This document shows, in pieces, positions 30,390 through 38,576 of a DNA stretch of 64,000 nucleotides. This DNA is from a virus: the IMG/VR virus record IMGVR_UViG_3300032285_001177; one strand, 5' to 3'. The notes beneath the pieces were generated by a model. The model did not search any database. It was not told where the DNA came from and saw only the letters and a program-made list of their open reading frames with translations. Within the stretch, counting starts at the first letter, position 1. Every line of letters starts with the position of its first letter. Both the position numbers and the translations under genes were made by a program.

Positions 30390-30905
30390 TTATAAAGCTA
30401 ATTTGATTTTCCTATTAGGATTATTTAATAGCCACTTTTTAATTTTCAATGCACCTTTATCTTGTAATGCGTATGCTTCAATTTCCCATGGTTGGCGTCT
30501 GTAGATGTATCTGTGTTTGTCATCCTCGTATGTTAAGTATTTGATCTTAACATTATACTTTAACTGACCAGATATAAACTGCCTGGCATGGACTAACTCA
30601 TGAGCTATGGTCTTACTTAAGCTAAATGTATTCTTAGCGTTTAACTCTATCATGATGTCATCATCATACTCTTGATCTGTAGTCCCTAAAGTTTCATCGG
30701 ATTTAAAGTTCTTGAATAAGAAAGTATACTTGACGTTCTTAGACTTTCTTGGATACTTCTTAGTGATGTCCTTAATCAATGTCTTCTCTGCTGCCACACA
30801 TTGTTTGACAAACGTTGTTAACCTGCGTGCAGAAAATCGTTCTACTGCCGGAGTGCAATAGACCGATATCTTATCAGATTTGTACAACAGGATTTGTCTT
30901 ATCAT
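30390..30905 (-). CDS. HExxH metallopeptidase-like protein
   Basis: TIAHELVHARQ...PWEIEAY. Start moved to the ATG at 30905 because the promoter overlaps the longer ORF. Confidence 0.7.
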   Translation of the reverse strand: MIRQILLYKSDKISVYCTPAVERFSARRLTTFVKQCVAAEKTLIKDITKKYPRKSKNVKYTFLFKNFKSDETLGTTDQEYDDDIMIELNAKNTFSLSKTIAHELVHARQFISGQLKYNVKIKYLTYEDDKHRYIYRRQPWEIEAYALQDKGALKIKKWLLNNPNRKIKLAL

Positions 30906-30911
30906 ATTAGC

Positions 30912-30940
30912 AGTATACCACATCCATTAATTAAAGTACA
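30912..30940 (-). promoter_or_regulatory. Phage promoter TGTACT-TTAA-N13-TATACT (leaderless)
   Basis: Repeated motif; ATG 7 nt past the -10 element. Confidence 0.75.
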
Positions 30941-30964
30941 TGCTACCATATTATTTATGTAAAA

Positions 30965-31384
30965 CTAAGCTTTGGGATCAGCTGGGGCAATGAACCCTGC
31001 CTCCTCTACTAGCTTACGGGTGACCTTTTTATATAGCTTATGCAGCTTTTGGTCCTTGACAGCTATGAGTAACTCTGCCTCGGAGGGGTGTACAGACTCC
31101 AATAGGCTGATGAATAGGCCTTCCCTCTTGATAGCAGTTAAGTCGTTCCTTAGGAATACATAGAAACGTCTAAGTTCCTGTGTAAGGATAGCTGGACTCA
31201 TACCGATCGGTGCATCATCTGGTTTGTACGGAGGCGCATCTTCAGGTAGGACGAACTTCTTTTCAGGTAAGAACGCATACTCGAATATGATCCGTAATGC
31301 TGCATTGCCTTTGTACTTTGTACCTAATAGCTTAGGATCTTTATTGACCTCAGCTAGTATCTCTGGTAAAAACGTTGTTGCCAT
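30965..31384 (-). CDS. Conserved T4-like hypothetical protein
   Basis: LPEDAPPYKP...KREGLFISLLESVHPSEAELL; follows rnh. Confidence 0.65.
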   Translation of the reverse strand: MATTFLPEILAEVNKDPKLLGTKYKGNAALRIIFEYAFLPEKKFVLPEDAPPYKPDDAPIGMSPAILTQELRRFYVFLRNDLTAIKREGLFISLLESVHPSEAELLIAVKDQKLHKLYKKVTRKLVEEAGFIAPADPKA

Positions 31385-32278
31385 TTAAAACTCCTCTATC
31401 TCGTCTAGAAGCAGACGACACTGGTTTTTGATTAAATACTCCATTATTGAATTCTTGTCACCGTTAGGCTTCACATTCATATAACTATCTATGATCGTTT
31501 GTGCAAGGGGCGTGGGTATAAAGTCAAAGTTAACCAACATTTGGTTACGTTGGTAGTTCCTCTTCTCTTCTTCAGTCTTACATGCTTCAATACCCTTTTC
31601 GTAAAACTCTGGTAACCTCTTGGCTGAGAACGGTTTCTGACGATTGCCTGAAACAAAGACGTCATCATTCGAAAGGATATTAGGTATACCGTCTCCTGAG
31701 TCGCCTTTGACGATGTGCTGGATCGTGTACTCTTGGATTTCCTTTTGGGATCCTTCGACAAACTTACGTTGCATAGGCGACCACTGACGTACATTTTTAT
31801 TCCTTTGTAATTGGATAAAGTCTTTATCTGATGAGACGATCAATACCTTTTGTGGTTCAGAGAATAGTCCTTGCTCCACTAATAGGTTTTCTTGTGTATA
31901 CTCTGTAAGTACCGCGATGATGTCATCCGCTTCAGCTGTATCAATAACCAATACCTTATATGGGAAATGATCGATAAGATCTTGTCTTAACTCTGATAGC
32001 GTTTCAAAGATAAACTTCCAATCAAGATCTGATTTGTCTCGATTGGCTTTACGCATCGCTTTATAATGAGGAAATACTGACTTACGCCAATAGTTAGGAC
32101 CATCACATGCGATCACTACTTCACCATACTCCTTATACTTCTTCTTATAAGATTTAATGGTGGATAGCGTCGTATGACGGATCAGGTTCTTAATCTCCTC
32201 AGGAGTTTGACGTTTGATGTCATTCTGAAAAGGTAAGATGTTACTCAGCGCGATTTGGCTGTAGTCGAGGATAATCAT
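31385..32278 (-). CDS. rnh: T4-type RNase H (5'-3' flap exonuclease)
   Basis: MIILDYSQI...YWRKSVFPHYK...EADDII...SSDKDFIQL...GDSGDGIPN. Confidence 0.95.
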   Translation of the reverse strand: MIILDYSQIALSNILPFQNDIKRQTPEEIKNLIRHTTLSTIKSYKKKYKEYGEVVIACDGPNYWRKSVFPHYKAMRKANRDKSDLDWKFIFETLSELRQDLIDHFPYKVLVIDTAEADDIIAVLTEYTQENLLVEQGLFSEPQKVLIVSSDKDFIQLQRNKNVRQWSPMQRKFVEGSQKEIQEYTIQHIVKGDSGDGIPNILSNDDVFVSGNRQKPFSAKRLPEFYEKGIEACKTEEEKRNYQRNQMLVNFDFIPTPLAQTIIDSYMNVKPNGDKNSIMEYLIKNQCRLLLDEIEEF

Positions 32279-33375
32279 TAAAATGCACCTAACAAAATTG
32301 TTTCTTCATTGATACGGCCGTTTGGAGCCGTGGGTTTTGTAGTTAAAGCTTTTGCTGCTGTATTAAGGTTACGTTTACTTATAGACAAAGTCTTAAAGAA
32401 CTTCTCAGGATCTCGTAGAGTCCATGACCATGATTTAGCTACACTATAGTTTACGATAGTTGTACCCTTAACAGTCAACGCATCCGAGTCATCTGCCACA
32501 TACGCTACAAGCTTACGATATTTAATATTGTATGCCCATAGTTCCTTAGCACCAACGATGTCTGCTGGATTACATGACTTAAGGTTCAATAGATCATGCT
32601 TAAACATATACTTAAGCTTCTTAACGATGACCGCTGGAGGTTTAGCCTTCATAACACGTGGCTTCTTAACTGTAACCTGATGCTGAGCACAATCATCTAC
32701 GATAGATTGCAGTGCAGCTCGGAACTTCTTAAGTTCAGCTTTAGTTAAGAACGAATAGCCTTCAGCAAGTTGTTCGTCTTCGCCTTTAAGAGCTTCATCG
32801 ACCTCGTCAATATTATTCTTATAGTACTCACCGATCTTGCGTGCTACCATACCAGAGATATTATTGGCTAAGAGATGTGCCTTAGTTGAGAATTCCCATT
32901 GCTTAGAATGGATGAACTTATCGATAGCATAGTCGATCTCTTCAGATGCAGATCTTGCAGCTTCAATCACCCGCTTATCGATAGGGATCACAGGAGCTTT
33001 TGGCTTTTGTGGTTCATCGTCTTCTGGTTTGGCATCATACTTAATATAAAGTTCAATGATCTTGTCTTGTACCTTTTGTTTGTCTTGATCCGACATGTAC
33101 TCGCCCTTATTAAGGATAGTAACAAGAGATCCTAATGATAGGAACTCATAGTCAGGTGCCTTAGATAAGACATCATAGTACTTCTTATTAAGCTTTCTAA
33201 TATAAGCAAGAGCGACCTTAGCACGTTCGCTGTTATCCATATTAAGGTTATAATATCCTAAAGCAGTCATAAGAGTCGTACGATAGTTGTCTTGTGTTAC
33301 CACAGGAGCACCATCGCCTCGACCTTTAGCGATAGCTTTATCTTTCCATTCTTGAGTAGGTTTTTTAGTTTTCAT
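32278..33375 (-). CDS. Conserved T4-like hypothetical protein
   Basis: 365 aa; C-terminal IVGAKELW.YN.KYRKL...TLRDPE...NGRINEETILL. Confidence 0.65.
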   Translation of the reverse strand: MKTKKPTQEWKDKAIAKGRGDGAPVVTQDNYRTTLMTALGYYNLNMDNSERAKVALAYIRKLNKKYYDVLSKAPDYEFLSLGSLVTILNKGEYMSDQDKQKVQDKIIELYIKYDAKPEDDEPQKPKAPVIPIDKRVIEAARSASEEIDYAIDKFIHSKQWEFSTKAHLLANNISGMVARKIGEYYKNNIDEVDEALKGEDEQLAEGYSFLTKAELKKFRAALQSIVDDCAQHQVTVKKPRVMKAKPPAVIVKKLKYMFKHDLLNLKSCNPADIVGAKELWAYNIKYRKLVAYVADDSDALTVKGTTIVNYSVAKSWSWTLRDPEKFFKTLSISKRNLNTAAKALTTKPTAPNGRINEETILLGAF

Positions 33376-33381
33376 AATAAG

Positions 33382-33410
33382 ATCATACTATAATTAATAA
33401 TTAATGTACA
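33382..33410 (-). promoter_or_regulatory. Phage promoter TGTACA-TTAA-N13-TATGAT (leaderless)
   Basis: Repeated motif; ATG 7 nt past the -10 element. Confidence 0.75.
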
Positions 33411-33411
33411 A

Positions 33412-33669
33412 TTATTCAGCTTCTTGGTTGGTAACATTTTGATAGATGGTCTCAAACTCATCGTTTAAAGCCACTTCTTCGTTGAAGTTTTGGCGATGGT
33501 ATGTATTAGCCAACTTAGCTAATGTCTTTTTAGGGATCTTAAACTCATCGTATAGGTTCTTAAGAACTTCTTTGACAAAGTCTTTCTCAGCTTCTACACG
33601 TGTCATAGAGTCAGAGATCTCACCTAAGCAGCCTTTAATTTTCTTACGGTCTTCTTCAAGCAATTGCAT
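33412..33669 (-). CDS. dsbA: dsDNA-binding protein (T4 DsbA-like)
   Basis: EISDSMTRVEAEKDFVKE...LAKLANTYHRQNF; near rnh as in T4. Confidence 0.75.
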   Translation of the reverse strand: MQLLEEDRKKIKGCLGEISDSMTRVEAEKDFVKEVLKNLYDEFKIPKKTLAKLANTYHRQNFNEEVALNDEFETIYQNVTNQEAE

Positions 33670-33698
33670 ATATTACCTTTCACTGTTAAAATGTTTTA

Positions 33699-33775
33699 TG
33701 GTGGGCCCACTTGGGTTTGAACCAAGGACCAAAGGATTATGAGTCCTCTGCTCTGACCAACTGAGCTATAGGCCA
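33699..33775 (-). tRNA. tRNA-CAU, most likely Ile2 (lysidine type)
   Basis: Cloverleaf with anticodon arm GAGGA-CTCATAA-TCCTT, C4-G69/C5-G68, encoded CCA; lacks the initiator GGG/CCC anticodon stem. Confidence 0.88.
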
Positions 33776-33777
33776 GA

Positions 33778-33854
33778 TGGTATGCCTAATTGGATTCGAA
33801 CCAATGACCCCGAGCTTAGAAGGCTCGTGCTCTATCCAACTGAGCTATAGACAT
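33778..33854 (-). tRNA. tRNA-Arg(UCU)
   Basis: Cloverleaf with CGAGC-CTTCTAA-GCTCG arm, GGTTCGAATCC T-arm, encoded CCA. Confidence 0.95.
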
Positions 33855-33962
33855 ATTAGTGTAGGACTCTGCCCGGTTGTACGACCGGTAACCCGCGGAA
33901 GCATGTAACCTAGGATATGTCCGCATATATGTATTAAGTGGCACAAAGCCCTACACTAATAT
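33853..33962 (-). ncRNA. Candidate ~110-nt structured RNA directly 5' of tRNA-Arg
   Basis: Closing stem ATATTAGTGTAGGGCTT/GAGTCCTACACTAATAT (G-U pairs on the minus strand only) enclosing hairpins GCGGA..TCCGC and CCGGT-CGTACA-ACCGG. Confidence 0.65.
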
Positions 33963-34132
33963 TACTCGTCGTAACCAGGACCCCAGAAGTGTGGATCCAT
34001 ACCACCCATTTGATTGAGCATCTCACGTTCGTCTTCAGACAAAGCATCCTCATCGATCGGATCTGGGACCGCATACATGCGGCCTTCTTTTTTGTCTTTA
34101 ACGTTATACTTGATGTTAGTTTTATTTTCCAT
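33962..34132 (-). CDS. 56-aa hypothetical protein
   Basis: Not in the ORF track: MENKTNIKYNVKDKKEGRMYAVPDPIDEDALSEDEREMLNQMGGMDPHFWGPGYDE, directly behind a promoter. Confidence 0.6.
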   Translation of the reverse strand: MENKTNIKYNVKDKKEGRMYAVPDPIDEDALSEDEREMLNQMGGMDPHFWGPGYDE

Positions 34133-34139
34133 AATGGTC

Positions 34140-34168
34140 ATTATACCCTAATAATGAATTAATGTACA
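34140..34168 (-). promoter_or_regulatory. Phage promoter TGTACA-TTAA-N13-TATAAT (small ORF, ncRNA, tRNAs)
   Basis: Repeated motif; ATG 8 nt past the -10 element. Confidence 0.8.
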
Positions 34169-34171
34169 TGC

Positions 34172-34579
34172 CTACCACCAACTATTGTAGTAAACACTGT
34201 CGCCTCGTTTAAAGGCTTCACGAGCTAACCTGATGAACTCAACGTCTTTGTCATAGTCATCGTTATCGAAGCGTGAATCATGACCAAAGAAGAACCCTGA
34301 AGTTTCAGGTAGTGCCTGATCCATAACTAGCTTCTCGATCATGTCAACATCTTCGACGGTTAACTCGAGCTCAATGCAGTTGAAGTCAATGTCCTTAATA
34401 GAACGACCTTCGCGAAGCTCAAAGCCTTCTGGCACTGGGCGGCCTTTAGATTCCCAGATCTGATTCATCAGACCATGCATAGCGTTATGCTTGCGCCAGT
34501 ACATAAGCTCATGATCTTGCTCGTGCGTATCTAGCGTTGTGTTCTTAGCTCTTGAATAAGCTGTCATATCTAAACCCAT
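34172..34579 (-). CDS. Conserved phage hypothetical protein
   Basis: MGLDMTAY...YWRKHNAMHG...LPETSGFFFG...VYYNSWW. Confidence 0.7.
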   Translation of the reverse strand: MGLDMTAYSRAKNTTLDTHEQDHELMYWRKHNAMHGLMNQIWESKGRPVPEGFELREGRSIKDIDFNCIELELTVEDVDMIEKLVMDQALPETSGFFFGHDSRFDNDDYDKDVEFIRLAREAFKRGDSVYYNSWW

Positions 34580-34581
34580 AA

Positions 34582-34854
34582 TTAAGCTGCCTTTCTTTCT
34601 TCGTTCATAAGACCAAACATGATTGCTTTGGCACAGTTGATGTATTGACGAGCTTGATTAGCTGTCTTAGGACTTACCCATCCTTGATCATTAAATTCAG
34701 GATCCATGATAGTTTGAGCATCGCTTAACATACCAGCTGCAAACATCATCTCTGTACCTGGAAAAGCTTGTTGCTTAACCATCGCCATAAGTTGAGCTTT
34801 GCTCATACCGTATGCTTGTAATTCCCAATCTAACTGCTCTTTATTTGTTTTCAT
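34582..34854 (-). CDS. Hypothetical early protein
   Basis: The MKTNKEQ start has a GGAG RBS; the longer ORF start lies inside the -10 element. Confidence 0.65.
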   Translation of the reverse strand: MKTNKEQLDWELQAYGMSKAQLMAMVKQQAFPGTEMMFAAGMLSDAQTIMDPEFNDQGWVSPKTANQARQYINCAKAIMFGLMNEERKAA

Positions 34855-34885
34855 AATTCTCTCCGTTGTTTGATTTAATATAACC

Positions 34886-34914
34886 ATTATACCCGAAAGT
34901 GCATTTAATGTACA
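34886..34914 (-). promoter_or_regulatory. Phage promoter TGTACA-TTAA-N13-TATAAT
   Basis: Repeated motif with an A/T-rich UP-like tract upstream. Confidence 0.8.
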
Positions 34915-34941
34915 TAGGGCCCCCTAAAATAAATACAAAAT

Positions 34942-34976
34942 AAAAAAGCTATATAAATCATAGACTTATATAGCTT
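34942..34976 (-). terminator. 11-bp inverted repeat with T-tract after the cyclase gene (terminator or operator)
   Basis: AAGCTATATAA-N9-TTATATAGCTT followed by Ts on the minus strand. Confidence 0.5.
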
Positions 34977-34985
34977 AGGGTATTG

Positions 34986-34998
34986 CAAGTTATTGATT
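34986..34998 (-). promoter_or_regulatory. IHF-consensus site
   Basis: AATCAATAACTTG matches WATCAANNNNTTR. Confidence 0.45.
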
Positions 34999-35006
34999 AT
35001 ATTAGA

Positions 35007-37019
35007 CTATTTGGAGGTAGCCCTATATACGCCGTCCCATTCAGGGGGTAGGCCCTCCCGGATGCGCTCCAGCATCTTTTCATAGTAGTCACTAATGGTT
35101 ACATCGTCCCCCAGTGCCAAGAGCTCCTGGAGCCACCCCTCAGCTCTGGACCAGTTTCCTCTATAATACTCTTTGAGGAACTCATCATGCATATAACCCT
35201 GAGTCTTGCCAATCGTATACACCTTCACACCCTGAGTCTTTCCTTTAACCGCTATAGTATCCATCTCAACTACTGGGTATGTGTCTTTGACGAGCTCTGC
35301 TGTGCGTTGACCAAGGACGATTCGAACTCCATAATTCTTTGATTGGCCTTCAAGACGGCTTGCGAGGTTGACTGAGTCACCGAGGCAGGTATAGTCAAAA
35401 CGCTGCTCACTGCCCATATTACCCACAACGACGACCCCGGTATTAACACCCAGGCCCATACCAAAAGGAGGAATACCTTCTTTAGTAATCTCTTCATTGA
35501 ATCTATCCAAGTCATCTAACATCTCCAATCCTGTTTTAACTGCATTGATAGCATGATCTTTGTCATCCAATGGTGCATTCCAAAAAGCCATCTGCGCATC
35601 ACCGATGTACTTATCAAGTGTACCGTTGTTGTCTATGATCTTACGAGTCATAGCTGTCATGTAACGGTTCATAATCTTAGTTAGACCTTGTACATCTGCT
35701 CCATAGTGTTCAGAGATGGTAGTAAAGCCACGAACGTCTGTAAACATTATGCTTAGCTCGCGACTATCACCACCAAGTTGTAGCAGATCTGGGTTCTTTT
35801 GTAACTTCTCAACCATTGCTGGTGATAGGTATGTCCCAAATTGTTTCTTTATCCTAAGCTTTGCGTTAAGCTCGGTGATAAATTTGACAGTATAGGCATG
35901 AGCGTATACCACAGAAAGGATAATAATAGGGAAGAGAACATCAATAAGATAGCCGTAGTGAGTGAATATCGCGCTACCCACACTATAAAGACCGCCCAAA
36001 ATACCAAGAATAAGAATAATTCCATACTTCCACCTTGTTAATAAGATTAATACGATTGATAAGATGATGGTCGCAAGTACTTCTGCACCATCTGCCCAAT
36101 CAGGTCGCGATATGACTGTGCCTGATGTGAGTGTGTCTAGAACGTTCGCTTGAACGTAATGAGGAAAGAGTCCACCTCGAGGGGTTGCAACTGGGTTGTT
36201 GAGCCCACGGGCTGTGAGGCCAACGATGACGATACCTCCATCAAACGATTTGGGGAGGTCCACAAGAGAGTGTTGAATTGGACTCGCGCTCCAGTCAATC
36301 CAGATACGACCGATACTGTCGGTTTGGATCTTGGCGAATTTAGGGATGCGAACAGCTTCGATTCCTCTATCGGAAGATTTAACTTGGAAACTTGGGTCTC
36401 CGACTGCGACACGCAAAGTTTCGAGAGTAATACTTGGGTAGAGCAAGCCTCCGCTTGATACGACCATAGGGATACGGCGAGTAACACCATCAATTTCGGG
36501 TAAGACATTTACGACTCCTATTCCAGCAGCGCTGTTGTTAAATAATGATATATTAGGTTGGATACCAGGATAATCTACAGTGAAGTCATGTGCTGGTGAT
36601 CCGATCTCACTGACTCCAGGTCTAAATGCAAGTGCTTTTTGTTTCTGATCTGTTGCTACCTGAGGTAAGACGACAGGGTGTCTAGCAAGACTATCAGCCA
36701 AGTTGGCATCGCGTCCAAAGCGATCAGTGTCAGGCATAAAAAGATTAAAAACAACAAGACCAGCATTGCGTTGGTAAAGGTCCTCGATAATGTTTGCATA
36801 TTGGCTCCTTGGAAATGGAAATTGACCAAGTCTTTCAATTGATGCATCATCGATGTTTACGACATGGACTTGTTTAGATTGTACTACGGGTTTACTTGTA
36901 ATCAGTGTATCAAAGTATCTTAACCTAACTGACTGTACAAATGATGGATCAGTTGCTCTAACTCCTATTAATAAGGCTAAAGTTAATAGAGCAAACCATG
37001 GTGATAATAGTCTTTTCAT
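35007..37019 (-). CDS. CHASE2-domain membrane class III adenylate cyclase
   Basis: N-terminal TM; CHASE2 (VVNIDDASIERLGQFPFPRS...DGVTRRIP...HYVQANVL); three TMs; catalytic FTDVRGFT, DKYIGDA, YTCLGDSVNLASRLE. Confidence 0.93.
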   Translation of the reverse strand: MKRLLSPWFALLTLALLIGVRATDPSFVQSVRLRYFDTLITSKPVVQSKQVHVVNIDDASIERLGQFPFPRSQYANIIEDLYQRNAGLVVFNLFMPDTDRFGRDANLADSLARHPVVLPQVATDQKQKALAFRPGVSEIGSPAHDFTVDYPGIQPNISLFNNSAAGIGVVNVLPEIDGVTRRIPMVVSSGGLLYPSITLETLRVAVGDPSFQVKSSDRGIEAVRIPKFAKIQTDSIGRIWIDWSASPIQHSLVDLPKSFDGGIVIVGLTARGLNNPVATPRGGLFPHYVQANVLDTLTSGTVISRPDWADGAEVLATIILSIVLILLTRWKYGIILILGILGGLYSVGSAIFTHYGYLIDVLFPIIILSVVYAHAYTVKFITELNAKLRIKKQFGTYLSPAMVEKLQKNPDLLQLGGDSRELSIMFTDVRGFTTISEHYGADVQGLTKIMNRYMTAMTRKIIDNNGTLDKYIGDAQMAFWNAPLDDKDHAINAVKTGLEMLDDLDRFNEEITKEGIPPFGMGLGVNTGVVVVGNMGSEQRFDYTCLGDSVNLASRLEGQSKNYGVRIVLGQRTAELVKDTYPVVEMDTIAVKGKTQGVKVYTIGKTQGYMHDEFLKEYYRGNWSRAEGWLQELLALGDDVTISDYYEKMLERIREGLPPEWDGVYRATSK

Positions 37020-37147
37020 TGGATAACTTGTGTCTTCTTATGTTGTAAACTTTTCTTTAGTGATTTAAGCCAAAGCTTCTTTTGTTTCTTTTTTTGATGT
37101 CTAACGCATGCTAGATACATCTTACGAATTAATTTTTTAACTTTCAT
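37016..37147 (-). CDS. 43-aa Lys-rich peptide
   Basis: Not in the ORF track: MKVKKLIRKMYLACVRHQKKKQKKLWLKSLKKSLQHKKTQVIQ, with ATGA overlaps at both ends. Confidence 0.6.
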   Translation of the reverse strand: MKVKKLIRKMYLACVRHQKKKQKKLWLKSLKKSLQHKKTQVIQ

Positions 37148-37890
37148 TTTATCTTGTTCCAGTAAATTATCTTCCACTCACCCTCGTGAGTCTCGACCAA
37201 TGCTGAGCATGATTCTACCCAGTCCCCGTCATTCATATAGATAATATCACGTATTACTTTGATCTCAGGAGTATGTATATGACCACATATAACTCCATCA
37301 TAACCTTTCTTTTCACAGTAATCGGTTATGGTCTCTTCAAACTTAAACACAAAGCCTACAGCTTTCTTAACGTTTCGTTTAAGGAAACGGCTTAGTGACC
37401 AATAACTAAATCCTAATCTATGTCTTATATAGTTAAACTTAGTGTTTACCCATAATACAAAGTCATAGGCATGATCACCTAATACAGAGATCCACTTTGC
37501 CATACGAGTGATACCATCAAACATATCACCATGTGTTATAAGGAACCTACGACCATTCAAGTCTGTATACTCAGCTTGGTTACATAAGACTATGTTCTTA
37601 CCAAGCGAGAAGTAATTTACGAATGGTCTAAGGAACTCATCATGGTTTCCAGTAACATAAACAACCCTAGTCCCGCGTTTACTAAACCCTAAGATCTTAC
37701 GTATAACATTGGTATGGCTTTGCTTCCATCTCCATTTGTTTAGATGGATCTTCCAACCATCAATGATGTCACCTATAAGGAATAGGTTCTCACAATCGTT
37801 ATGCTTAAGGAAATTATTAAGCAGATCAGCCTTAGCTTCACCAGCCCCCAAGTGTGTATCTGATATACAAATGGTCTTATACTTTTTCAT
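37144..37890 (-). CDS. Calcineurin-like metallophosphoesterase, UDP-2,3-diacylglucosamine hydrolase (LpxH/YbbF)-like
   Basis: SDTHLG, GDIIDGW, GNHDE, HGDMFD, CGHIH, NDGDWVES. Confidence 0.85.
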   Translation of the reverse strand: MKKYKTICISDTHLGAGEAKADLLNNFLKHNDCENLFLIGDIIDGWKIHLNKWRWKQSHTNVIRKILGFSKRGTRVVYVTGNHDEFLRPFVNYFSLGKNIVLCNQAEYTDLNGRRFLITHGDMFDGITRMAKWISVLGDHAYDFVLWVNTKFNYIRHRLGFSYWSLSRFLKRNVKKAVGFVFKFEETITDYCEKKGYDGVICGHIHTPEIKVIRDIIYMNDGDWVESCSALVETHEGEWKIIYWNKIK

Positions 37891-37917
37891 TATATCCCAA
37901 TATTCAATTAAAGTAAA
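37889..37917 (-). promoter_or_regulatory. Phage promoter TTTACT-TTAA-N13-TATAAT overlapping the LpxH-like start codon
   Basis: Repeated motif with 17-nt spacer; the -10 reads TATAATG. Confidence 0.65.
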
Positions 37918-37918
37918 A

Positions 37919-38575
37919 TTAATTAATCTCTATAGCTGGGAATTCGCTCTTGTCAAATGCATGCGTTTCAATATATGCAGCTTCAGCTTCTTTACCTATC
38001 CATGGAGTTCCTGGTGGCAGATCTAATACTGTACGAGATACATCAATGATGAATATTAAACGCTTCTCATTTGTATTATTCCATGCGCTATGTAGCTTTT
38101 GGTTGTCAAAAGCAAATATATCATCCCATGTTACCTCTTCACTATCTACTTCAAACCCAATATCTCCTTCAGGTACTAATAGTGGAATGTGTATACGAAC
38201 CATCTTAGCTTCACGGTTTTCTATACCTGAATGTCTACGTATAACAGAGTTAGCATCAAACACGGCATAAGATGCACAGTTACAATCATCTCCATACTTT
38301 TCTACCAAAGCTGCAGCTGTTGGGAATTTAATCTTGGCTGCTTGACCTGCTAGTACAGCTGCAGCTTTAATCTCGTCAGATGATCCATCAAACTCATACT
38401 TAACACAATAGTTTACCCAACTGTCAGGTCTTGGATATTGGTTTCCGATATAGGTGTATCCACCTTCACCTTCATAGTTTGGATGCGCTGCAAAGAACTC
38501 ATCCTTTAATGCTTGTTGTATAGACTTAAGCTCATCGTATATCTTAAGTTCTCTTCCACGCCAAATGTTTTGCAT
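37919..38575 (-). CDS. Asp/Asn beta-hydroxylase-family dioxygenase 3
   Basis: IRRHSG...RIHIPL...FAFDNQKLHSAWN...RLIFIID. Confidence 0.82.
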   Translation of the reverse strand: MQNIWRGRELKIYDELKSIQQALKDEFFAAHPNYEGEGGYTYIGNQYPRPDSWVNYCVKYEFDGSSDEIKAAAVLAGQAAKIKFPTAAALVEKYGDDCNCASYAVFDANSVIRRHSGIENREAKMVRIHIPLLVPEGDIGFEVDSEEVTWDDIFAFDNQKLHSAWNNTNEKRLIFIIDVSRTVLDLPPGTPWIGKEAEAAYIETHAFDKSEFPAIEIN

Positions 38576-38576
38576 A

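Noticed and set aside
33853-33962. Third tRNA, hammerhead ribozyme or cobalamin riboswitch
   Set aside because: No T-loop or CCA, no CUGAUGA/GAAA core, and only an isolated GCCACT match.
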